Below are positions 16,831 through 26,100 of a stretch of DNA of 37,339 nt, piece after piece. Origin of the DNA: an uncultured Opitutia bacterium. Lineage in GTDB: Bacteria; Verrucomicrobiota; Verrucomicrobiia; Opitutales; Seribacteraceae. Each line of letters starts with the position of its first letter. The first letter of the stretch is position 1. Made by a program: the position numbers and the translations under genes. The stretch is from positions 1-37,339 of the forward strand of contig CAXGRK010000001.1 of assembly GCA_964012095.1 (NCBI GenBank), in the 5' to 3' direction. The notes beneath the pieces were generated by a model. It was not told the DNA's origin. It worked only from the letters and a program-made list of their open reading frames with translations, and searched no databases.

Positions 16831-19013
16831 ATATTGCATTTGATTCTTGGCGAATAGAGGGAGATACCAAGGTCTGGATATTCGCTATCCTGTGCATTCT
16901 CGTTGCTGCATTCTTGGGAATCCGAACATGGCTGCGAATGAAAAAAAACCATAAAATTGCTTTATGGGAAAGCTTTCGATTTTTAATTATTCTCCTAATA
17001 ATTATCACTCTGTTTAATCCAGAGCGTGTAGAAAAATTAGATCAGGAACAAAAGTCGCAAATTGTTTGCCTTCAAGATGTCTCTGAAAGCATGGAGACAA
17101 AAGATGTAATTGCTAATGAAGGTGACCCCATCAAAAGATCCACATGGACGCGACAATTCCTCAAGGGAGCATGGATTAAAAATTTAGAAGATAATGCGAC
17201 TGTTCTAGTGAAAAACTTCAGCTCATATTCTGGAGCGAATGCAACTGATATTTCTTCTGCCATTCGAAATACAATCGACCAAACCTACTCGCTGAAAGCA
17301 ATTCTTCTCCTCACAGATGGTGACGCAAATACAGGTTCTCCAGTCCTCTCACTTGTAGGAACAACTCGTGCACTATCTATTCCCGTTTACAGCATTATCA
17401 CCGGCTCGGACTCTTCACTTCCTGACCTGAGTCTTGATGAAGTATTTGCTCCTTCTTTTGTACTCCAAGAGGAAAGAGTAAAGATAAATTGGCAAGCAAG
17501 TAATCGCTTTGACTCCGCACAATCGACAACTTTGACTCTGCTTGCGAATGGGCAAAAAGTAGTGGAGGAATCAATAAGTTTTATTGGCGAAGAGAGTATA
17601 TCAGGAAACCTTTCATGGCTTCCAGTTAATGAAGGTGAAATTGAATTTGAAATCATACTCGGAGATGTAGACGGAGAGGCCTACAGGGATAATAACATTA
17701 AAAAGATCAAGACGCGCGTTAAAAATAAAACTATTCGTGCACTAATCGTAGACTCTTTTCCTAGATGGGAATATCGCTTTCTCAGAAATGCCTTAAACCG
17801 AGATCCAGGTGTTGATTTGTCCTGCATTTTGTTCAATCCGGACATGAGCCCTTCTATCGGTGAAAACTATATTCAGGAATTCCCAAAAGATGAGGCAAGT
17901 CTAGCCCCATTTGATGTAATCTTTCTCGGGGATGTAGGCTGTAGTGATGGAGAACTAAATCAAAAGCAATGTGAACTACTTACAGAGTTGATCAAATACC
18001 AGGCTTCAGGAATTATATTTATGCCTGGCAGAAGAGGCCGTCAGCAAAGCCTGAGTGAAACTTCATTAGGCGAAGTTTTGCCCGTAATTTACGACACCGA
18101 TAACCCACGCGGATTAGGAACTCAAAACCCCGCATCCTATACCCTCACCCAAAGAGGTCGTGAACATTGGCTGACTAAACTACGCGGAACAGGCGAAAAA
18201 GACCGGGAGTTTTGGACAAAATTACCCGGCTTTTATTGGTCTGCAACAGTCAACAAAACAAAGCCTGGTTCAGAAGTTTTAGCAGTTCATTCCAATTATG
18301 CCACCGAATGGGGGAAAATGCCAATTTTGGTTATTCGACAGGAAGGTGCGGGGAAATCTCTTTACTTAGGCACAGACTCTGCATGGCGATGGCGCAGAGG
18401 AGTCGAAGATAAATACCATTACCGTTTTTGGAGTCAGGTAGTAAGATGGATGGCTCATGGTAGATACCTGGCTGAAAAAGATGGAATCAAATTAATTCCG
18501 AGTCCGGAAAAACCTCGTGTCGGAGAGAAATTATTCCTCCGATGCATCGTACTTGACGGGAGTGGGTTTCCTCTGGAAGAGGGTGAAGTTAATGGTCTAG
18601 TAAGACATGCGGATGGAAACTTGGAAAACCTTTCTTTTCGTCCAGACGCAGAATGTCCAGGAGTTTATCTGTCATCGCTGGAAGCCACAACAGCAGGCAA
18701 GCTAGAGATTGACGTCATATGTGAGTCGGCAGAGCGAAATATTCAAACAAAACTACAGGTTGAAGAACCGAATCTTGAAAAATTGGGAAAGCCAACAAAC
18801 CAAGTGCCTCTTGAACAATTGGCAAATCTAACAGCAGGTCTTTCAGTAAATTACCAAGATGCGGAGAAATTGATCACTGCTCTATCTCTCATACCAGAAC
18901 CAAAACCCAACATTCGAATTCATAGTTTAAGGTCGAATCTTTATTGGGGTGGTTTTCTATTTCTACTACTGGCTATTTACTGGACGGGTAGAAAATTCTT
19001 TGGAATGGTCTAA
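16827..19013 (+). CDS. Membrane protein with vWA, Ig-like and glutamine-amidotransferase-like domains
   Basis: Two N-terminal TMs; MIDAS DVSESM...TD...LTDG; PRWEYRFLRNAL, FDVIFLGDV and TDSAWRWR...YRFWSQVVRW; C-terminal TM. ATGA overlap. Confidence 0.82.
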   Translation: MNIAFDSWRIEGDTKVWIFAILCILVAAFLGIRTWLRMKKNHKIALWESFRFLIILLIIITLFNPERVEKLDQEQKSQIVCLQDVSESMETKDVIANEGDPIKRSTWTRQFLKGAWIKNLEDNATVLVKNFSSYSGANATDISSAIRNTIDQTYSLKAILLLTDGDANTGSPVLSLVGTTRALSIPVYSIITGSDSSLPDLSLDEVFAPSFVLQEERVKINWQASNRFDSAQSTTLTLLANGQKVVEESISFIGEESISGNLSWLPVNEGEIEFEIILGDVDGEAYRDNNIKKIKTRVKNKTIRALIVDSFPRWEYRFLRNALNRDPGVDLSCILFNPDMSPSIGENYIQEFPKDEASLAPFDVIFLGDVGCSDGELNQKQCELLTELIKYQASGIIFMPGRRGRQQSLSETSLGEVLPVIYDTDNPRGLGTQNPASYTLTQRGREHWLTKLRGTGEKDREFWTKLPGFYWSATVNKTKPGSEVLAVHSNYATEWGKMPILVIRQEGAGKSLYLGTDSAWRWRRGVEDKYHYRFWSQVVRWMAHGRYLAEKDGIKLIPSPEKPRVGEKLFLRCIVLDGSGFPLEEGEVNGLVRHADGNLENLSFRPDAECPGVYLSSLEATTAGKLEIDVICESAERNIQTKLQVEEPNLEKLGKPTNQVPLEQLANLTAGLSVNYQDAEKLITALSLIPEPKPNIRIHSLRSNLYWGGFLFLLLAIYWTGRKFFGMV

Positions 19014-19018
19014 GTAAA

Positions 19019-22000
19019 ATGGAAAACGAAAAGCATAATCCAAAAGAGTACTCAGGAAGGACTGATGTAAAATTGGATATTACAATTACCGAATTTTTTG
19101 AGAATTTAGCAAAGACGGTTCGTTTTAGAATCGGAGTAAGGTTCATTATGCTGGTATTTTCATTTCTTGGTATATCTTGGATTCTACTCGTCATCTCAGA
19201 CCGTCTATGGGCAACCACCGTTATTTGTCGTTCAGTCATTACTTTTAGCGGTCTTCTTTGTGCACTGTGGACAGTTTTCAACTTAATTTGTCATGTCTTT
19301 CTCTACACTAGAAAACGCCCATGGTTAGCAAAATGCGTAAGAAATATATATCGAGCTAAGGGTGAAAGATTACTTGGTATTATTGAGATTGCCGAGGAGA
19401 AGAAAAAAGCAAATCACTCCTTTTCAAAGCAAATTTTTGAGGCAGCCCAGAAAAAAATGGCTCAAGAAATTACATCCCTAAACGTAAGCGAGGTTTTTCC
19501 ATGGAAAAAGGTCAGGGGGCCAAGTACGAGTGCATGTGCGATTTTTCTGATTATTTTATCGGTTTGTATTTCATACCCCGAACTCTCTCAAAATACATTT
19601 AATAGGTGGGTATTTCCTTTTTCTTCAATTGACAGAGCGACCCTCACTGAAATTCTAAATCACGAAACGAAAAGCTACGCAGTTCTGAAAAATGAAACCA
19701 ATACAATTAGGTTTTCCTTATCTCCAGATAGTCATAGGAAACCAAATTTTGCTGAACTCATTCAATCTAACGGATCCAGTTTTCACTTGATTTCAAAGCT
19801 TAATGGAGGAATCTATGAATTTAAAATTCCACCCCAAAAGAAGGATTTTTCCGCAGAGCTGATTGTGGGCGATTATCAAAAAGAATTATCTGTCAAAACT
19901 GTTAACCGTCCAAGGCTTGAAGGCTTAACTTCAATAGTTAAATTCCCCGAATACTTATCTATCATTCCTCAGGAAATAGATTCTCTTGATAATCAAATTA
20001 GAGTGCCGGAAACTTCTGAAATAATCATAAACGGCAGAGCAAATCGTAAATTAAGTCAAATCCAGATATCAGATTCTAAGTCTCATATTGGCATGGCCCT
20101 AGCGTCCTCTTTCTTTGAATTCAATCTGCCTAAAATAAATGAGAATAAAAATTATTCATTACATTTAGTTGATTCCTATGGTTTTTCCCCGAGGGTGCCA
20201 GTAAGTATTTCTATAAAAACTCAAAACGATTTACCTCCCTCGGTGAACCTAGATCAGACAACCGACATCTCTCCAATTCTTTTGTTTGAAACTCGTAAAG
20301 TCAGTTTTCGCAACAAGGATGATTTCGGACTTAAGGAATGCTCTTTGCTTTTGAGCGTATTTAGAGATCAGCGGAAAATTAAGGATCTAGAAATTATCCA
20401 AGAAAAATTTTCTGAAATAAGAAAAGAGAATTTTGAATTATCATTCCCATTCGACCCCAGTCTTTTTTCCTTTGAAGATGGAGACGAAGTAACTTTTGTC
20501 GCATCGGCTATAGACGATTATCCGGGACGGGAACCTTCTCTATCTACTCCTTTGCAGTATCGAATAATTGGTCCGGAAAAACACGCGGAAATGATTCGTT
20601 CTCGAATGAATAGTGTAATAGCTGAAGTTTCTGAAATTGCTAGAGACCAAGAGGGAATTCAATTTGAAACTCTATCGACAGAGGAAAAAACGAGGAAGAG
20701 TGCAGAACAACAACTCACTCAAAAAGAAACTGCTCAAATCAATAACTTAAAAAATGATCAAAAGAATTTAGCGAAAAGACTAAATACAGCTGCCCGGAAT
20801 GGTTCGGATACAATAAATGAAGCCACCAAGAACCCATTCTTTACGCCCGAAACCCTTAAAGAATTTGCATCGTCCTTAAATGAAATAAAAGAGACATCTA
20901 CCGGTTCCATGAGGGAGTCTGAAAACAAACTTAAGGATGCCGCCTCATCGAACGCACCAGATGCAAGTCAATCGATGATGCAATCTGCCGAGTCTCAGGA
21001 AAGAGCATTGGAAGAGTTAAGAAGGGTTTTGGCAAAGTTTTCCGAACAACTCGACAGACTTGAAGCCAGAACCCTTGCCCAAAGACTTACGAAGCTCGAA
21101 AAAACTGAAAAAAAACTTTCAATTAAGTTAGTCTCCATAATGCCTACATCTGTGGGCAAAATGCCATCTCAACTTGATAACAAGAATCTCAGCTCATTTT
21201 ATGAAATGGAAAAAACCCAAAAACGAGTAAGCGAGGATGCAGATGAAGTTAAGAACGAAATAAGTCGATACCATGAAAGAACTCAAAAAGCGGAATATGG
21301 AAAAGTCAGTCGACTGATGGAAGCAGCAAATCTTAAAAAAGGACTCACTGGCGCAGCACAAAACATTCGGAATAATACCTCGTTTCAAGCCCTCGAGAAT
21401 CTGAATTACTGGGAAAGTTCCTTTGAAAAATGGGCAAAACTTCTTCAGCAAGAATCCCAAGGCGGCGATTCTCCCGGAGGACAGGGAAAAGGCAAAGACA
21501 GAACAGCAGACATTTTAGCCCTTCTGAAAATGAAAAAGGTTCAGTCTGATATTCTTTTCAAAACAAAAACTTTGGATCGAAAAGGGTTTCGAGGAAATAA
21601 AAGGACATGGTCATCATCCTTAAATGACCAACAAAACACTCTTATGATTGATCTGACCGATACACAAATCTCGATCGCAGAGGAGGCATTAAATCCTTTG
21701 TTTGATGATGCCCATATGGCCATGGCTAAATCATCAGAACAACTTTCAAAACAAATTTTTAATGAACAAACGCAATCTCCCCAAAAAGAGTCGAAAGATA
21801 TACTCAGTGACATTATTAATCTTATGACTGAAGGACAAGGTCAGGGGAACGGGAGCAAGGATGATAAAGGTTTAAAAGCAATGGAACTTTTGATGATGCA
21901 AATGGGAAATGAACAATCTGGGCAAGCCAAAGGAAAAAGTCCCGTTCCTGGCAAGACTGGAGGTGGTTCTTCACAAGGCGGCAAGACTGACAAAACAATC

Positions 22001-22135
22001 GACTCATTAAGTGGAACTTCTTCCACTCCAAATATGATTGATAATTCCAGTCAAAGTAGCGGTAGTGGCAGTCCCTCAATCGCTCCTGAATTTCAGGAAA
22101 TGATGGAGAAATATTATAAGGCAATCGAAGATTGA
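19019..22135 (+). CDS. Large membrane-anchored coiled-coil protein (DUF4175-like)
   Basis: Three N-terminal TMs; a beta-rich region (DLPPSV, DDFGL); a long Q/E/K-rich helical region; G/Q/S-rich tail ending PEFQEMMEKYYKAIED. Confidence 0.72.
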   Translation: MENEKHNPKEYSGRTDVKLDITITEFFENLAKTVRFRIGVRFIMLVFSFLGISWILLVISDRLWATTVICRSVITFSGLLCALWTVFNLICHVFLYTRKRPWLAKCVRNIYRAKGERLLGIIEIAEEKKKANHSFSKQIFEAAQKKMAQEITSLNVSEVFPWKKVRGPSTSACAIFLIILSVCISYPELSQNTFNRWVFPFSSIDRATLTEILNHETKSYAVLKNETNTIRFSLSPDSHRKPNFAELIQSNGSSFHLISKLNGGIYEFKIPPQKKDFSAELIVGDYQKELSVKTVNRPRLEGLTSIVKFPEYLSIIPQEIDSLDNQIRVPETSEIIINGRANRKLSQIQISDSKSHIGMALASSFFEFNLPKINENKNYSLHLVDSYGFSPRVPVSISIKTQNDLPPSVNLDQTTDISPILLFETRKVSFRNKDDFGLKECSLLLSVFRDQRKIKDLEIIQEKFSEIRKENFELSFPFDPSLFSFEDGDEVTFVASAIDDYPGREPSLSTPLQYRIIGPEKHAEMIRSRMNSVIAEVSEIARDQEGIQFETLSTEEKTRKSAEQQLTQKETAQINNLKNDQKNLAKRLNTAARNGSDTINEATKNPFFTPETLKEFASSLNEIKETSTGSMRESENKLKDAASSNAPDASQSMMQSAESQERALEELRRVLAKFSEQLDRLEARTLAQRLTKLEKTEKKLSIKLVSIMPTSVGKMPSQLDNKNLSSFYEMEKTQKRVSEDADEVKNEISRYHERTQKAEYGKVSRLMEAANLKKGLTGAAQNIRNNTSFQALENLNYWESSFEKWAKLLQQESQGGDSPGGQGKGKDRTADILALLKMKKVQSDILFKTKTLDRKGFRGNKRTWSSSLNDQQNTLMIDLTDTQISIAEEALNPLFDDAHMAMAKSSEQLSKQIFNEQTQSPQKESKDILSDIINLMTEGQGQGNGSKDDKGLKAMELLMMQMGNEQSGQAKGKSPVPGKTGGGSSQGGKTDKTIDSLSGTSSTPNMIDNSSQSSGSGSPSIAPEFQEMMEKYYKAIED

Positions 22136-23124
22136 AAAATAAGATATCATTCCTGTTATTATTGCTGAGTCCTATCTTTAGTTCCGAGGGTCAGGAAATT
22201 TTTGAACAACAAAACGATGACTTTGTCCGGTCCTTAGACCAAACATACCTAAAAGGTCTTCTATTTTTACAAAATTCACAAGGTGTTGATGGTAGATGGA
22301 CAGACTCTTCCTACGGTTCTGAACCGGGGGTGTTAGGGCTGGCTATCCTTGCATTTCTTTCGAGAGGTGATGATCCCGAATTTGGTCCATTCTCAAAATC
22401 ATTATCACAGGCAGTTGATCAGATCTTACGCCAACAAAATAAGGATACAGGCTATATCGGAAGTTCCATGTATAATCACGGCTTTGCCACCCTTGCACTT
22501 GCCGAATATTATGGCGTTACTAACCATTCAGACATCGGTCCCGCATTAAAAAAAGCGACCAACCTGATCGTTTCAGCTCAAAAAACAAACCCAAAGGGTG
22601 CTTGGCGTTACAGTCCTGAAAGCAAAGATGCAGATACAACGATAACCGGAGCACAGTTAGTCGCCCTTTTTGCTTCGAAAAATGCAGGTATGCAAGTTCC
22701 TGATGAAGCGATAGCCAAAGCGAAAAAATTCCTTATCGAATGCCAAGATGAAAAGGGAGGATTTGGATATACGGGTAATTCAGGTGCGAACCTGCCAAGA
22801 ACTGCAATTGGCAGTCTTATCTTGGCCTTGGACAAAGATACTGATTCAAAAGAATTTAAAATATCCGTCGAATATTTAAGAGAAAATGCCCGTTTCGGAG
22901 ATCAAGGACACAAGTTCTACAGTCTCTACTACACTTCTCAGGCAATGTTTCGTGCTTCTCCAGAAGATTGGGACAAATGGAACCTTGCAAATGTAAGACA
23001 ACTTCAAGCAACTCAGGCTGAAAACGGATCATGGAACAGCAACTACGGATCGACTTTTGCAACCTCAGCAGCCCTACTATCCATGGCATTAAATTACAGG
23101 TATTTACCTATTTACGAAAGATGA
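22132..23124 (+). CDS. Exported prenyltransferase/squalene-oxidase-repeat (alpha/alpha barrel) protein
   Basis: TTG start overlapping the upstream TGA; signal peptide. Motifs QGVDGRW, MYNHGFATLALAE, GAWRY..DADTTITG, CQDEKGGFGY, QAENGSW and NYRYLPIYER. Confidence 0.88.
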   Translation: MKNKISFLLLLLSPIFSSEGQEIFEQQNDDFVRSLDQTYLKGLLFLQNSQGVDGRWTDSSYGSEPGVLGLAILAFLSRGDDPEFGPFSKSLSQAVDQILRQQNKDTGYIGSSMYNHGFATLALAEYYGVTNHSDIGPALKKATNLIVSAQKTNPKGAWRYSPESKDADTTITGAQLVALFASKNAGMQVPDEAIAKAKKFLIECQDEKGGFGYTGNSGANLPRTAIGSLILALDKDTDSKEFKISVEYLRENARFGDQGHKFYSLYYTSQAMFRASPEDWDKWNLANVRQLQATQAENGSWNSNYGSTFATSAALLSMALNYRYLPIYER

Positions 23125-26100
23125 CACTAAGAATTCATCCTCAAATCCTGAAGACTCTTTTCTTCATCTCAGGAACCGTTCCTTTCACTACATTTTGTAT
23201 TGGGCAAACCAACCAAATTTCTTCAAACATCAACGGTCCGGAAACCGTTTCCTTTTTTGATGGATCTTCCCTTTTGGGAGGACTGAATGAAATTAAAGAC
23301 GGGGATGAATTAATATGGAATCACAAGTCATCCCAAAACCCACTTAAATTCGATTATAAAGCCGTGGAGTCCATTCTTTTTAACAGAATAAAGGGTAAAC
23401 AAAGAGACTCTGTAGGATCGATGATGATTCTTTTTAAAAATAACGATTTTCTTCGCGGTTCGATCCAGTCACTAAATACAGATAGACTACTCTTTTCGTC
23501 CGGTTTTGGACAAAGTCTGGAGGCAAGCCTTTCGGACATTCGATCTTTGGAATTTCTTCCGGAATCATACCAAGTTCTTTATGATTCATCTTACGATTTT
23601 GAAAAATGGAAAAAAAGTAACACTAAAGCATGGACGGAGGAACAAGGCAGCTTAGTTTCAGTATTCTCAGGAAGCACCGGAACAATTCTCCCTGAACTTG
23701 ATGCAATAGAAGTTTCATTCCAAGCAGAATGGCAAAGATCATTTTATCTAGCCCTCCGCTTTTTTTCTGATTCAGATGGAGGAAGTTATGGTAGCGAAGG
23801 CTTTCATCTGTCCTTTTCCAACAATCGAATCAATCTTCAATCGAACCGTAAACTCAAGGGAAGGACAATCCGAGAAACTTTGGGCTCTGTCATGGTTGAC
23901 CAGTTAGTCGGAGTAAAAACTGCTAACTTTAAGATCTATGCACATAGACAACGAAAAGAATTCATAGTTTTTGTTAATGGAAATGAGGTAGCAAAATGGA
24001 AGGACTCGAGTACAGATTATTTACCTGGAAACAGTGGTTTACTTTTTATTAATCAAGGAGGAAATTCATACTTGAGACTTGAAGAACTCACTATTGCCGG
24101 CTGGTCTGGTGAATATTTTTTGACTAGTCCACCTTCGGAAAAAGAACAAGATGGAACTCAATTCATCTCATTTAAAAATGGTGACTCTACACCGCTACAA
24201 TCCTCTTTTTCGAACGATAATGGATTAAGCATTAAAACCAAAAGAGGAATATTTGAGGTTCCATATGAAAATATTAAATCAATCTATTTCCCCCATGATG
24301 ATCTAAATCAAAGCAATCTTACCTTTAAAGAAGAAGTCAGCTTAAAAAGATTTCTGGGTAAACTTTCATTTAAACTAAACTCCATCCAAAATAATCTCCT
24401 ACTTGGTAAACATCCTTATCTAGGAAACCTCCGAATACCATTACATTCAGTTAAAAGACTTCGCTGTAATCTCCTCCTTAAATCTTACAAGGAATATTTA
24501 TTACAACTTAAACTAGCTGAAGAGTCGCTTAAATCGCAAAACAGTGAAAAGGCTCTTTCTATTCTAGAAAATACAAATCCACAGTATCAATGCTGGTATT
24601 GGAAAAGATTGAAATTTCTTGCTCATGATTTCCAAACAAAGGAAATCCTATGGTTTTCGCCACATCCAGAGGTTGGAATCCTAAAAGCCACGCTTTGTGA
24701 GGAAGTGGGCGGAACCATTTTTACTACATCAAGGGAAGGCTCATTTGCCTTGTGGGATGAATATGCAAAATTAGCGGAAGGAAATTACACTCACAAGCAT
24801 TCAACTTCCCAAGAGTTAGGAAGATTTAAAAATGAAAAGTGGAAAAAAATCTTTATTTCAACCAGCTATTGGCTTGGCAGAACTGAAGTGACACAAGAAC
24901 AATTTGAAAAAGTAACTGGAACAAATCCAAGTAAGAAAAAAGGACCAAACCTACCGGTTCAAGTAAGCTGGTTTGAATCCATGGAATTTTGCAAATTGAT
25001 GAACAAAAAATACCCGCCCCCTGATGGGTTCATTTGGCGCTTGCCAACAGAGGCCGAGTGGGAATATGCAGCTCGTGCAGGTTCATCCGGTCCATTTTGC
25101 GAAACCTCTTATGGGAAATTCCCAAACAAGCAAAATTCTTACGAAGAGCATCTAAAACAGTATGGATGGTTTTCGGAAAACTCATTGGGCGAAGTTAAAG
25201 CAGTATCCCAAAAATCACCCAATGGTTGGGGGTTATTCGATATGCATGGAAACGTCTGGGAATGGTGTATGGACGGTACAAGCGTAAACAAAAATGAACT
25301 TTTTTCTTTTCCACGAGCCGGAACCAAAAACCCAGTAAAATTGGATGGCGACTGGAAGGTACTGAGAGGAGGCAGTTTCATTACCGACTATTCACGTTGC
25401 CGCTCAAGTTATCGAGGAGCCAATGCACCAACTGTTTCGGAAGGCGATAGAGGGTTACGAATCTGTCTTGGTCAAGTTCTATCAACTGACGAATCGAATA
25501 CTTCAAAAATTGAAAGGCATAAAGAAAATTTAGATAAGCAGGTTCAAGAATTTTCACCAATTTCATTACAAAGAATAGATCCAGGAGAATTTATGATGGG
25601 AACACGCAACTCGACCAGTTTCCCTCAGGCAATCTGCGATCTGAAAGATAAAAATATTTTGAGCACCGACTCGTCAGGTAAAGTTAGAAGTCAAAATATT
25701 TCCTCAAATATCCCTGAATGGGAATTAGATCTAAATGGAACCGGGCTCATTATCACCCCATTAAGCACCAAAAATTATGTGCTAGTCGGAACTGATAATG
25801 GAAAAGTTCATTTAATAAATAAAAGTACAAAAAGAATTATTTCTACCTACTCAGATCATCTAGGTCCAATTTCCGATATTGCGATCAATAACAGTCAACA
25901 AATCTTTGCTACTTGTGGCACGGGTGGACGCATTGTCCTACGTAAAATAGGAAGTAAGGAACCTGAATGGGTCTTAAACACTCAAGATTATAAAAGTGAT
26001 ATCGAATATGTTGAATTCTCGCACGACTCCAAAACACTTTTAGCATCAGGACTACATGCCAATGTAATAACCATAGATACAAAATCCGGGAAATTTAACA

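Noticed and set aside
6017-23124. Hopanoid or sterol biosynthetic cluster
   Set aside because: The barrels are single-domain, exported or anchored, and lack DxDD/DCTAE. No squalene synthase or hpn genes are present.
24801-25604. FGE/C-type-lectin domain as a diversity-generating retroelement target
   Set aside because: No reverse transcriptase or template-repeat copy of this region was seen in the window, and the domain is internal rather than C-terminal.
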